64,000 nucleotides of DNA from Entomortierella parvispora E1425 (GCA_020891255.1 BQFW01000011.1:558001-622000), one strand, 5' to 3'. Shown: positions 1 to 12,957, counted from the stretch's first letter. Notes: a model not told the origin generated them from the sequence alone. Numbers and translations: made by a program.

Positions 1-897
1 ATAGAGAGAGGAAGGATATCTCGGAGCATCAAAGTGACCATTGGGATAGAGATGTGGAGGGGGTGGGGTCCATGACAATCCGAATGAGTAATGGATTGGA
101 TAAAGTGTCGTGTTGGTTCGTGGTTATGGAGGGCAATCGGTTTTTGGGTTTATCACCAACAGCTAACCCACAAGGGAAGGGGAGGTTCTCTGGCGCCCAA
201 TGCTTGATTTTTAGCGTCTACTCTTGAGCACCATTGCAGTCTATCGCAAGTCTGGAATCAGACGAGTGTGGGTTGAGGAGCATTTGGGCACGAGTCATGG
301 AGGGAGGAGAAACAAGCAAGGTATGCACTTTTAAGTAAACGGGTCTCTGTCTGTTGAGCCTTCCGTGCACGAGCAGGCGACAATGGAGAAATTTCATGTG
401 GCGGAGGGAGCTGCGAGGTCGGATTTCTGTGACATGTCTGGACTGTTGCAGATAGAGAGGGGGGGATCGCAGTCTTCATGGGATGAGCAAGAGACAAGGT
501 TGGAATTGCAAGAGGGGTAAAAAGGTGGAGGAGAGGGCCAGTGGAGAGCGTAAAGTGTCGTCTGTGAGGATGACACCGCTGCGCGCACGCTTGTATGTAG
601 CGATTCAATGCGATTCAATTGGATCCAACTGCGAATCAAGGTTGAGTGGACTGCCAGAAGGGCTGTCTCCAACTCTTCAAGGTTGTGTGCTTAGAAGGAA
701 GTCGCAATCACATAAAAAGGAAACCTCCCCTCCATGCTTTTCTTTTTTTTTCTTCACTCTCAAGTCCTTCTTCCACACCCACCCTCCCCTCCAAATTACA
801 ACCCACGCCTCCTTCGAGCACGCCCGTCCAGTTGCAAACTATACCCAAAGTCTTTTCTCTCTCTACCTTCAACGAAAAACACTCTCCCATTACAATC

Positions 898-2334
898 ATG
901 ACCTCCACCTACGTCAAGCCCGTTCTCCCCACCGAGGGCCGCCTCGGCCATTTGACCCCCGAGCAGACCGAGAAGCTCCAGCAGTTCTGGGTCCGTCTCT
1001 ACGATATCTTTGACGGCAAGACTCAGTTCGATCAGACCGCCCCTTCCTCCTTCAAGGGCCAGGCTCGCGATGAGGACACCCCTGCCCCTGCCCCTGCCAA
1101 GTCCGGCTGGTTCGGACGTAGCAAGTCCACCGAGACTGCCTCGGAGAAGACCGTTGCTGCCCCTGCTCCCCGCTTCACCGGCGCCGAGCTCCAGAAGACC
1201 TTCTGGAAGTTGACCATGATGGATCACCCCGACTTGATTCTCCTCAAGGTACTTTTTATTTCTTCACTGCTATGGATGGATCAGACAAAAGACCAACGGA
1301 AAAGAAAGAAAAAATAATGCCGTTGTGCAATAACTTTAAAAGCGTTGAGAGCCATTTTGGACTATGGCCATTCTCCACCACACAGTTGGACTCAACTCTC
1401 TTTTGTCATCATCTTTACTTTCTGCCGACAATAGTTCATTCGTGCCCGCAAGTGGAACTTGGACGATGCCATGAAGATGTTCTTGAATGCCCTCAAGTGG
1501 CGCATTGTCGAGCGTCTGGATGAGCTCGTGGAGTTGTCGGACGTCGAGCTGGATGCCAAGTACCCCAAGTTCATTGAGCAGATGAAGCTTGGCAAGGGTT
1601 ACCTTCGCGGTGCCGATCCCCTCGGCCGCCCCATGTCCGTCGTCAACACTCGTCTTCACCACAAGGCTGATCAACCCGCCGAGACCATCCACCGCTTCAC
1701 CCTTTACACCATGGAGTGTGGTCGCATGGTCTTGCCCCAGGGTGCCGAAACCGTCATTGTCATTTTCGATCTCTCCTCGTTCGGTCTCGACAACATGGAC
1801 TGGGGATTCGTTCGTCTGTTCGTACAGTGCTTCGAGTCCTACTACCCCGAGACCTTGGGCGTTTGTGTCGTCCACAAGGCTCCTTTTGTCTTCTGGGGTC
1901 TCTGGAAGTTGATCCAGCCCCTCTTGGACCCTGTCGTTGCCTCCAAGTTTGTCTTCACCCGCAACAACGCCGAGCTCCACAAGGTCGTCCCCCGTGACCG
2001 CCTCCCTATCATCCACTACGATGGTTTGGATGACTGGAAGTACAACTATGTCCCTGCCGTTGCTGGCGAGAACGACGTCCAGAAGGATACCGCCACCAAG
2101 GACAAGTTGTTGGCCGAGCGCCATGCCTTGCAGGACAAGTTTGATGGTGTGACCCGCGCCTGGATCAAGAACATCAACGGCAAGAACTCGTCCGAGCGTG
2201 ATGAGGTTGCCCAGGAGTTGAGGGAACAATACACTCGCTTGACGCCCTATGTCCGCGCCAAGAACTTGTACCAGCGCCTGGGCGTTGCCCACGATGGACG
2301 CGTCGACTGGACCTACAACGTCAAGGCCGAGTAA
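898..2334 (+). CDS. CRAL-TRIO (Sec14-like) lipid-binding protein, 2 exons (898-1248, 1435-2334)
   Basis: Splicing the GT(1249)-AG(1434) intron joins 'DHPDLILLK|FIRARKWNLDDA', the CRAL-TRIO N motif. Downstream 'GRPMSVV', 'DLSSFGLDNMD' and 'ESYYPETLG..VHKAPFVF..LW..IQPLLDP' are Sec14-family motifs. Codon bias is strong. Confidence 0.9.
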
Positions 2335-2713
2335 AACATGATCCACCCCGACCAATCCGTCTGAACGATAGAAAGACAGACACATACACCATACACAGAG
2401 AGATAATTTTACAACATACCCCATTTGCAACTGGATACCATCCCTCCACCCATCTTTTTTTTCCTTGAATAAACCTGCCCTTACCATTGTAACAAACACA
2501 GTTGTAGTGAACCAAGCTCCTGTCCTTCTTTTCACAGACCGATCGATCGCCGGTTTGCACGTGACGCCTGGCCGTCGCTTTGGCCGCCAACGAGCCGAGT
2601 TTTCATAGAGGACCGAAAGACCGCAGTGGGGTTGGGCCCACTCCTCTCTTTCTCCCTTTCTTTTCATTCCTTTCTTGACCCTTCCCCATTTAACCACAAA
2701 TCATAAACCCACG

Positions 2714-3329
2714 ATGGCACCTCATCACATTGAGCATCTACAGGGATGGATGAATCAGATGCATCAGTTTTGCAACCGCGAAGATGAGGACGGTCCAGGC
2801 TTCGTTCACGACTGTTTCGCCCGGGCCAAGGTCGTCGAGGCCGAGGACGACTCCGCCACATTTGAATACGAGGTCCAAAAGAAGGATTGCAACATCTCCA
2901 ACAACTTTCACGGTGGTGCCATTGCCACCTTGGTCGACAACCTCACCAGCGCTGCCATCTTCACGCGTGAACGTAAGTGTAGAATCGAAAAAAAAGGAGA
3001 CGAAAAGACCACGAAGATCATACATGTATGCACAATCGGCTCAAAAAAAAAAAAGAGAGAGACGTATCCACTGACTTCTTGTTCAACTCATGCTTCTCTC
3101 AGGCAAACACTTTCAATTTGGAGGTGTCTCCACCGATCTGCACGTTACCTACATCGGTGCTGCAACGCTGGGCATGACTGTGCTCTTGGAGTGCAAGGTC
3201 AAAGTTGGCTCCTCTCTCTGTTACACCACAGCGGTCTTGAAGGACAAGGCTACAGGTCGAGTCCTTGCTACCGCTTCGCATACAAAATTCAACAATGATG
3301 CAAGAATTGGTGGCGGATCCAAGTTGTAA
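2714..3329 (+). CDS. PaaI/ACOT13-type hotdog-fold thioesterase, 2 exons (intron 2973-3102)
   Basis: 'NNFHGGAIATLVD' and 'GVSTDLHVTYIGAA..G' hotdog-fold motifs; GTAAGT donor and CAG acceptor. Confidence 0.85.
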
Positions 3330-3481
3330 CGATCTCGTTTCCTCAGTGTGTCGGTTGGTAGAGTCTTAGAGAATACCCTCCTTGTATTTAGACGAATAAC
3401 AATTAGCAAATATTTACAAGGATTATTTCAAGATCAGACTACGTGAACAATGACAATCCTTTGCACTTCCTCCTCATCGCC

Positions 3482-5688
3482 CTACTCCTTGCTCGTCTTT
3501 GCATTGGAGCCTCGACTAGTGAAGATCAGACCTGTTGCAAGCGGATCACCGAGACGCGAGAGTAAAACGGCCTTGGCCTTTGACTTGTCCTGAACATCAA
3601 TCTTTGAATACTTTGAGATCATCAACGAGCCCACCGTCTTGAGCTGCTGGATGGCCAAGAAACGTCCTGGACAAGCATGTCTGAATATTTTAAAGTAGAC
3701 ACATTAAAAAATAGTCAGTATCAAGTTCTCGAATTAGTTATAGAATCAAGAAATCGGTTGCATTTAAGCAGCAGACATGATACATACTTTCCCATGCCAA
3801 AGGGCAGGTAATCGGTTGCAGCCTTGGTCGCATTCTTGGTCTTGCCCACAAATCGCCACGGACGAAAGTCGGATACATCCTCTCCTTGCATCTCCATGTT
3901 TTGGTGAACGGAATGGTTGTTGATAATGACCTTGGCCCCCTCAGAGATGTACATGCCGTTCGATAGCATGACACGCTTCCGTGCAGTATGAACCAACGAC
4001 AACCGCTCGGTTCTGTAACGGAAGATCTCGCGCACAAACGAATCCATCTTGACCATCTTCTTCAATGCCTGAGCCGAGAACTCTCGGTCTTTTGCAGGGT
4101 CCAAATCGGTGCCTTTGAAATCGTCCATGGACTGGACCTCGTCCTTGTCCATCTGGTCTTGGCGCAACTTTTCTCGCTCTTGGGTCATCTGGTCCAAAAC
4201 TTCGTTTTGTTCCTCCAACAAGGGCTCCATGCATTCAGGGAACGCAGCCAGGTAGTAGCAGAGATTGGTCGACGTATCCGAGGTTGTATGGACTGAGGCC
4301 AGGACCAACATCAAAATATGACCACACACATCCTCCAAGTCCACAAAGTGGTACTTGTCAAAGTTGTCCAAAAACTTTTGAAGAACGTCCAAGGGACGCT
4401 CGTAATGGGCCATGGTATCACCAGCCTCATGTTTTGCCAAGGCTTCAGCTTCTTGACGACGACGCTCCAGAATAACAGGTGCTGCAGCAGTAACAAGGAC
4501 TTGAACATGATGGTGCATGGGGTTCAGCATCTTGTTGCCGTACTTGCGGCGGTTGAAGAACGCGTTCCAGGATGCCTTTGTCCTAGTGCCCTCCAGGATT
4601 TTAGCGAAATCATAGGTACATTGACTAAAGGTCTCAATCACCTTGGGGTCCTTGGCGACCTCGGGGCCCATAAACACATTGGCCACTATTGGACGAAAAG
4701 AACATCAAGTGCACGTTTTGCTTTGGTTAAGATGGCTCCTTTGTGTGATATCCGCCTCATCTATCTTGTAGATCACATCTATTATGTAAAGAGGGTAGAC
4801 CTACTCGCGCTGGCAACCATTTCTTGAATGATCAAAAGCGGATTCTTGACTAGCTTGGCCTCACAATACCCAAGCTTGTTGTCCAAAATGGATTCCAACA
4901 AATCCACGATCCTGGGTGTGAACAGAGGCAGGTTCGGTGAGATGTTGTCCCGGATCATCTCATGAGCCAAGGTATTATCAGGGTCGCCATTGCTCTTGAC
5001 AACCGACTGCGTAAAGGCTCTAATACCAGTCATGTCGTCTATTGCGTCTGAAAACGAGAAATTGTCGTTCAAGAAAACCTCGCGGACAAGACGGCCCGAC
5101 ACAGCAGTAACAGATTGACCTTGAATGTAGCAATTGAAGACGGGCCCAAACTCTTGTTCACATCGGCTGAGAAAGAGATCAGGGCCCTCACGATATTCGG
5201 CATCATGGGTCGTGTCTCCGGGACGAAGGGGGACTGTGGGGATGGACTGGTTGATAGACGAGGATGCAGAGAGGTTAATATGGTGTGCCCGTGCTGTGAA
5301 ACAAAAAGGTCATTTACAAGATACTGATTGGGCACAAGGGCTGAGTGGAAATGTATGAATTCAGGAATTCAGGAAGGGTCCAGCATGCAAGTGGTAGGAC
5401 GGGGTGACCCTGCATCGAGGCATCGACCTTCCTCCAAGGGGCAGGAACCTCTTACAGCAAGCCATATACTCTCGGCTCGGGGGATCCCCTCCTGCACAAG
5501 GGAAGAGTAGGATGATCATCGCTACACCCCGGAAAAAAAGATACCTTGTCGGAACTAAAGCCATTGGAAGAGTGCGACAGCTTCAGTGTCAGAAAGGCGG
5601 CCGAGGCAAGACCAAGGCCGATGGGTAGAGCCGCCTTCAAGACGTCAACAGGAAGAGTGCCAGAAGAGTTAGAAACAAGGCCGAGCAT
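3482..5688 (-). CDS. Cytochrome P450, multi-exon
   Basis: N-terminal membrane anchor (MLGLVSN...LGLASAAFLTLKL), I-helix 'LASVHTTS', ExxR 'EIFR', and 'FRPWRF'. The heme loop 'FGMGK|HACPGRF' is rebuilt across the last intron; stop at 3482-3484. Confidence 0.9.
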
Positions 5689-7250
5689 CGTGAGAGGCTA
5701 TTGCTGTACTTTGCGGACCGGGTCGAAAGGCGAAAACAGGTTTGTGCTTGGGCAGGCGACAGAGGCAACAAGGACAATTGTGTTGCAGTAGGTTATACGT
5801 GTTAGGGTTACGAGTTGGTGCACACGAAGACTGACGGGTGATCTCGCCTTTGTTTGCAGAGTTTTTTTGCTGAGAAGAGCGGTTTGAAGGTGCAAGAAGG
5901 AAGATGATTGCTTTGAGGAATAAAAGTCGGGGAGAGGAGCAAAGATGAAGGCGATTTATAAGCGAGTGAGGGATTGACAAAGTTGGTTGCTTTCAAAAGG
6001 CTGATCCTCCTTTGCGTTATCACTTTCACTTTCTGTTTTTCACCAGCCCTCTCTCCTGTTTTTCACTGCCCCTCATTTCCTCTTCCTCCTTCAATACCCC
6101 TTTGGCCCTGTCCTTCCAATTTCGTGCATGATTCGCAACTTTTAACAAACCGGTTGTTCGTGGGACGTCTTACTTTGCTTGGGTCCTAATCGCAAGCTCA
6201 AGGAAGAGGAGAAGGACAAAGCGACAAAGCGAGTGCAGTATGAAAGTACGGATGATCATGGGTACCTAAAAACGAAGAAGACTTTGTCAGCAGTTGTTTA
6301 CAGAACTTTGGCGCTTGGACCATTGAGTCGCGCAAAAAAAAAAAAGGCTCTTTCCGCAGACAGTCCCTGAAAAGTTTGTTATTGTCCAACCATCCCAGGG
6401 CTTAGGCATTTGGGAGAAGAGTCAAGGATCGACCTTCAGACTTTATCGTGGAGTCAGATGTTCGCGTCCGCGTTATAAACAGTTGTAAACAACGGAGCAT
6501 AAACAACGGAGCATAGGCAATGTGTAGGTGTATATCTGAAGAGAATGGCAAATGAGATTCCCATCCAGTCGCTCGTGCCAGAGAGAGTGGTGCTTCAGGG
6601 GAAAGCAAGGAGAGAGAGGATGGACACGAAGCAGACTTGCAAACCGGTTGTGCGTGACAGAGCGTGCCTTTACAAAGGAGCAGTCCAAAAGGTAGAATAA
6701 TTGTTATAATTTATTAATATTTATTCGGCTTATTTATTCGGCACTTTATATACAAGATAATTTGAGCGCTGTGCCTGGTCCAGGTCCCTGGGAGCGCCTT
6801 TGCTCGCGTACGTGTCCAGGAAACAGGTCGCGTGGGTGCAGGAAAGGAAGATGGAGGAGGGAGGGCATTGAACTGCAACGGCCCCGCGTTGTCTCCTCTG
6901 TCATCCACGGGGCTACACCCTCGCAACAAGAAAAAGTGTTGAGCAGACAAAGACAGAGATGGACACCACCGACCCGTTGTTCCCCCTGTCCCTGTCTGTC
7001 TTGTCGTTGTTCACCCATCTGCTCTCTCTCTGTGTGTATGTGCCTCTCTGCCTCTCTGCCTCTCTCTCGCCATGCCCATGCACGGGAGAGAGGGGCGGAG
7101 GCTGGGAGCAGAGGGAGGCTGGCCCACCATTGGTGTGTCCGACCCCTTCCCAGCCATCCAGCCAGCTAGCCAACCCTCGACCATGCCCCCAAATCCCATC
7201 TGTCCTCACTGTCCCCCCTTGGACTGGTCACAAAGGGGCACAAGAGGTGC

Positions 7251-7275
7251 ATCCCATCCCATCCCATCCCATCCC
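7251..7275 (+). repeat. (ATCCC)5 pentanucleotide microsatellite in a pyrimidine-rich upstream region
   Basis: Read directly from the sequence. Confidence 0.85.
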
Positions 7276-7805
7276 ATCTCTTCACCATCACCTCCTTCTC
7301 TCTTCTTTCTTTTCTCTCTTTCTCTCTCTCTTTCTCTTCCCGTCCTCTTCCTGCTCTTCTTTCACCACCGCTGTCCTTCCCACTTCCTTCACGTCCCTGT
7401 ACTCCTTCGTTTTGTCATTCGCCCTCTTTATGAACGTCTGCTCTGTATCCCCGCTGTTGCTTCTGTAGTTATCTCAATCACTCTACCCTCATCGTCGTTT
7501 TCCATCCCATCCTCCTGTACATAATCTCATTCACAGAAAAGAACAAAAAAAAAAGAAAAAAAAACAGACCTTGCACTCATTCTACGCGTCAAAGAAAGAA
7601 ACCAAAAAACGCGCGTTTCCCAGCTATCGTCTCCACGTTTTGATCGTCCTTGGCTCTCTCTGTTCTCGGTCCTCCAGCTCTCCAGCTCGCTCCTTGCCTC
7701 AAGTCTTTTGTTATATACCCACCCTACCTCGATACGCTCCCTTCATTTCCTTTGGCCACTGCTTTCTCTTTTGTCTTTGAACCGGAAACGAACAAATCCT
7801 TAGTC

Positions 7806-10255
7806 ATGACCACCAAGCAGCTCGACATGTCCTTTGATGCCATGAACCTCCGTGACAATGGTCCTGGCTCGCCCATGGACCACCATCAGCAACACCAGCA
7901 CCAGCTGCAGAATCAGCAGCACCAGTACCAGCAGCAGCAGCAGCCTCAGCACCAGAGGCGCTACTCCCAGTATGGCTCCGAGCGCGGACCGACTAGCCCC
8001 CTGACTCGTAAAAACACGGGTGGCCACCCCGGCAGCGGCAATGTATCGCAGCGTAACAGCATGGGCATGAATGGGATGGTCATGGGTGTAATGAACGGCG
8101 GTATGAACGGCAGTCAGAGCCTGAGCGGAAAACGACCTCCTAACCGCCTCTCTGTTGCCAACATGGTACGTACACGAAGAGAAGGCAGATATAGATCCTC
8201 TTTTTTTTATAGAGTGGACGGTGGCTGGCTGGCGGAGACCACCCACCAGATCTAAGGTGGTTCTGGCTCTCTATTGTTTTCGTTTCATTCACAAAAGGGG
8301 TCCAGAGAGTGAGGAAGGGGAGGGTGTAGGGGAGGACCGGGTCCTCTCAGGGCAAACATGGTCTGCATACGCTTTGCCTTTTGCTTCACTGCTCTGCTCT
8401 GCTCAGCGCTATGTAGCCCTTATATCTCCTCGCAAACACCCCACGCGCCCATGCCCACGCCCACGCACGCACGCGCACATGGCACATCTGGGCCGGGGCA
8501 CTGTTGGTCAACAGAAAAAAAGATGGAATGAGAGCCTTCCTTGTTTCCTTGACACTCCACGCATGTTCCAAAAGAGGGTCGACATCAGAACACCAAGCAC
8601 AGGGTGCCTCTTCGGCCAAGGATACAAGATCGGTTGATCCTGTCACCACATGCTCGCGCCATCGTTCAGCCGTGTTACTGTGCCAAGCAGCTAAGTATTC
8701 CTTCCTTCATTCACAATAGAACTGGAGTCCCCTTCAGGCGACACCTCTTCAGTCGCCTGTCTTCCAGCAAGACCCACGCCAACAACAGCAGCCTCAGTAC
8801 TATCAAACTTATGCGTACCAGCCCATGATGCAGCCTGGGCCAATGATCGGGCAGTTCCAGCCCTCACCCTATCAACAGCAGCCGTTGCCATTGCACCATC
8901 AATTGCAGCAGCCCATGATGCAGCCAGAGGAGGAACCGGTCGAGACCATCCCCACTGCGATTGTTATCAAAAACATTCCATTCCAGATCAAGCGAGAGTC
9001 CTTGCTTGCCATCCTCGACAACCTTGACATTCCCAAACCCTACGCGCTCAACTATCATTTTGACAATGGAGTCTTCCGTGGTCTGGCTTTTGCAAATTAC
9101 AGGACTGCAGAGGAGACCGATCTTGTTTATCAAGCCGTGAATGGACTGGATGTCCAAGGAAGGAAACTCCGAGTGGAGTTCAAAAAGGTGATGCCTGCCG
9201 CCGAACAGGAGAAGAGGGACCAGGAAAAGGCCGCTGCTGCTGCACTAGCCGCCCAGGAAGCTCTTCAGCGCCGCGAAGCTGAAATTATGGAAGTACAGCT
9301 CCAAGAGCAACAGCAGGAACGCCAGGAACGTCAGCGTGAGCTGATGGAGTTGCAGAACCGCGAGTTCGATCGCACTCGTAATAGATCCTCGGCTGCATTG
9401 TTGGAACGACGCGATTCTGGACGTAGTCTACTGGACCGCGATGAGGTTGCTGCCCTAAGCTTGAACCAATTGGACTTGAACGATGGCGAGACTCTGGCCT
9501 TTTACGACCGATTGCTCATGTTCCGAGGTGACACTACCAAGGACGACATGGTCTTTCCCGAGAACCTGAGTGCTCGCCAGCGCAGGATTTTGCACCTTAT
9601 CGCGGATAAGCTGTCTTTGCATCATTTCACGGAAGGAGAGGGCAACCTCCGAAGATTGATCATCATGAAAACCCCTCCTGCAAGCTCTGTCCTGGAATCA
9701 GCCGCACACATCTCACCCGGAACCCCAAGCAAGGTAGACACCCATGTCTTTGAGTTTTTACCCGATATTTGATCACAGCTTGCTTGTCTTTACACCAAAC
9801 TAATGCCGCCTTCGTTCGATCTGCAGCAGCGCCCAATGTCCTTTGCTGGCCGAGGCTCTCTTCGATCTGATAGCCCCATTTACAAATCCAGGACACCGCT
9901 TCCAGATATCCCCAGTGGATCTTCATCTTCTGCTGCAACGCCTTCCACCACTATCAGCACTGCAATCCACACCAACCTTGGTGGAGGTGCAGGACTCGGA
10001 GGTGGCAGCAGTGTCACCAGCAACTACACGTACACCTCCACAACCATGTCTTCGGGATCCGCTTCGCCCACCCGATCTCTTTACAGACGCTCGATCGTCT
10101 TTGATGTCTCTTCCGCCTCTGGAGCAAGCGCAGCGGGAGGCAACTTGATATACCCTATTCGCCAGCCCAAAGGACCTGAGCCTGGCAAGATGTTTACAAT
10201 CCGAGATCAGAAACAACTGAGGGATGCGACCATGATTAAGCCTGCCTTCGCGTAA
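7806..10255 (+). CDS. PIN4: PIN4-like RNA-binding protein (RRM + R3H, Gln-rich), 3 exons
   Basis: The RRM 'IPTAIVIKNIPF..KRE.LL...PYALNYHFDNGVFRGLAFANY' closely resembles yeast Pin4. R3H motif 'LSARQRRILHLIADKLSLHH'; poly-Q N-terminus. Introns at about 8166-8719 and 9734-9825. Confidence 0.8.
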
Positions 10256-10837
10256 TCAGAGTGCGAAAACTACCGTAGACTGTTGGGCAGGCGATGAGCA
10301 TGTAGTTTTTGTTTGTTTTTTTTCTTGAAAAATGTCAATAAGAATTCATTTTTGTATCTATTCGGTTCGATGATGTCGTTGTTGAATAATGTTGGGCTTC
10401 GTGCCTCGTTCATCTTTCAGGACGTTGCAATCTTGAAGTTGACTCACTGGTCCATCTGTTTGAGGCAGGAGCGCCTAAACTCCGCCTATTGCCGAAGGGC
10501 GCTGTTGTTGTGGGCTCGGTGAGGTTGTCCCGAATTGCTTCGGGACGTGCAGCAGCGTCAACAGCAAAATCAGTCCAATGCGGAATAAGAAGGCGGACAG
10601 TGCTTTCCTGGTGCTCTGTGATTCACAATCTCCAATCGTCAATCGCACTCAGCTTTGGCGTGGGAACAAGCGACCAGAAGCGATTTCTTATAACGCGTCC
10701 CAATAAAAGGTCCCTCCCATCTTTTTTCGCTCTTCTTCTCTCTTTCTCTTTCTCTTTTCTTTTTCTCTTTCTTCACCCCTCCCAACCCCACTCGCTTTTC
10801 AAGTCCACCAAAACCTTTCCCACCTCCAGTAACCACT

Positions 10838-11975
10838 ATGTCCACTGACAAGATCACCTGCTTGCTGAACTGGCACGCTACGCCTTACCACCTCCCTCTC
10901 TTCTTGGCCGAGAAGCTCAACTACTTTGTTGAGGAGGGAATCAAGGTTGCGATCCTCGAGCCCAACAACCCTTCGGATGTGACCGAGATCATCGGGTCCG
11001 GAAAGGTCGATCTCGGCTGCAAGGCCATGATCCACACCATTGCCGGTAAGGCCCGTGGATTCCCCATCAAGTCTATTGCCACGCTGTTGGACGAGCCTTT
11101 TACCGGTGTCGTCTACCTGGCGTCCAAGAGCGGGATCACGACCGACTTTCAGTCCCTCCGTGGCAAACGTATCGGCTACGTGGGCGAGTTTGGCAAGATT
11201 CAACTGGACGAGTTGACCCGCCACTATGGCATGACTCCCGATGATTATTCCGCGGTCCGTGTTGGCATGAACGTCACAGGGGCCATTATCCGCGGCGACA
11301 TTGACGCCGGTATCGGTCTTGAGAACGTCCAGATGGTCGAGCTTGAGGAATGGTCGGTCCAACAGGGCCGCTCTCGCGATGACGTCCGAATGCTCCGAAT
11401 CGACGAGTTGGCCGACTTGGGATGCTGCTGCTTCTGCTCGGTGAGGAGACCTACCAATAGAGAGAGTAACACTGTTGTCGTTTGTGGATCTTTTCTCTTC
11501 TAACACGCCCCTGTCTTTTTGTTTACATCTTTGTCAGATCTTGTTCATTGGCAATGAAACCTTTATTGCACAGAACCCCGAGAAGGTGGCTGCGTTCATG
11601 AAGGCTGTGAAGCGCGGAGCTGACTTTATGTTTGCTCAGCCTGCAGCTGCCTACGAGCTCTTTGTGGAGATGAAGCCCCACATGACCAGCGAGGTGAACC
11701 GCAAGATCTACCAGCGCTCGTTCCGTTACATGTCCCGCGACCTCAAGAACGTCCAGCGCGATTGGGACAAGGTCACCAAGTACTGCAAGCGCCTCGAGAT
11801 TGTCGACGAGGGATTTGTTCAGAACATGACCAACGAGTTCTTGACCTGGCCCATGGAGCCAGAGTCGGCTCCTGGATTCATCCACCCTACCATCGATACC
11901 GGTGTCTTGGCCGATTGCTCGAGCTGCAAGCACTCGGCCTTTGCGGAAGCTTCGACCACGGTGGTCGAGGCTTAG
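10838..11975 (+). CDS. THI5: HMP-phosphate synthase THI5/NMT1, 2 exons (intron 11441-11537)
   Basis: '[20 protein letters not shown]', 'AMIHT' (substrate His), '[10 protein letters not shown]' and the 'LGCCCFCS' metal-binding motif are characteristic of the THI5/NMT1 family. Confidence 0.95.
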
Positions 11976-12068
11976 AAAGCGCGGATCCACAAGAAAACGA
12001 GAGGAGACGAAATTTTATTAGCGGTAGAGCCTTCATGAGAGGGTTTCTTTGTTTGCTATTTTGCTCAG

Positions 12069-12414
12069 GTAACGCGCGTGTTGGATGCAAGTGAGGATAC
12101 TAATATCACCCATCTCTTTTTCTTTCTGTCTTTTTCCTTTCCACTTGACTATGGTTCCTGGTTCGATATTTCCGGCTACCTCCTCCCTGGTTTCATTTTA
12201 CCCTCGGGTCGATCTCTTGTCTTGGACGGACACATTACACCATCGCCAACTCTTCCCCGCTGCCGTTTTCCACGCCTCATACTCTACTCGCCTTGACTTC
12301 CGCTCTCTGCCGGCCGCTCTGTTAAACATCCTGACCCGCCTGGGGGACGGTGATCCAAACAATACTTTGATCCATGGTTGCGCATGGCACAGTGAGACTA
12401 ATGGTCGACGCTAG
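12069..12414 (+). promoter_or_regulatory. Putative riboswitch-regulated 3'-UTR intron
   Basis: Donor CAG|GTAACG at 12069. Branch-like TACTAAT (12098-12104) and GACTAAT (12396-12402). Acceptors CAG (12390-12392) and TAG (12412-12414, at the aptamer P1/P2 junction). No AG dinucleotide between 12096 and 12390. AATAAA at 12555-12560. Confidence 0.65.
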
Positions 12415-12510
12415 GGGTGTCCCGGGGATGCGGTCAAACGTATCTCCATTGGACTGAGAAATACTCTTTGCACCTGATCAGGGTAATGCCTGCGAAGGGA
12501 AGCGTCGACC
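12403..12510 (+). ncRNA. TPP riboswitch aptamer in the THI5/NMT1 3' UTR
   Basis: Perfect 10-bp P1 (GGTCGACGCT 12403-12412 / AGCGTCGACC 12501-12510). Conserved cores GGGGTG, CTGAGA and 'CCTGATCAGGGTAATGCCTGCGAAGGGA'. P3 GTCC/GGAC, and a P3a hairpin GGGGATGCG/CGTATCTCC. It lies ~430 nt downstream of a thiamine-biosynthesis gene on the same strand. Confidence 0.95.
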
Positions 12511-12957
12511 AGTTTTGTCTTTTGTCTCTCTGTGTCTGGTCCGAATCTTTTTCAAATAAACAAAAAAAAAGCCGACCATCCGTCTGTTCTATATATCATA
12601 CACACACTTTACAGTACACGTACATGCATGCATGCTATGAGGAATTGATGACGTTACATACAGACCCGAAGGAGCAAGAAAGGAAAGCAAACAGAGCATG
12701 CGACTCTCGCGCGTTGATGTCGGTGTCGAGCACCAAAAAGAAAAGAAAAAAAAAAAAAAGAAAAAAAAGAAGACACGTCACCGCAACTACATTTGATCGC
12801 ACAAGCAGCAGTCACTCTGCCCTTTCCCTGCCTCTCTCTCTCTCTCACCCTCTCCCAGCACACACAGCCACCCAAAACAAAAGAAAGAGAAAAAAAAAGA
12901 GACAAAAGGAAAAAATATCCTTTCATTCCTCATCCACCCACACACACCACATTCACA

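Noticed and set aside
1336-2697. 453-aa minus-strand ORF
   Set aside because: Antisense shadow of the codon-biased CRAL-TRIO gene; no motifs of its own.
10799-11990. Minus-strand ORFs of 235 and 155 aa over THI5
   Set aside because: Antisense shadows of a strongly biased CDS.
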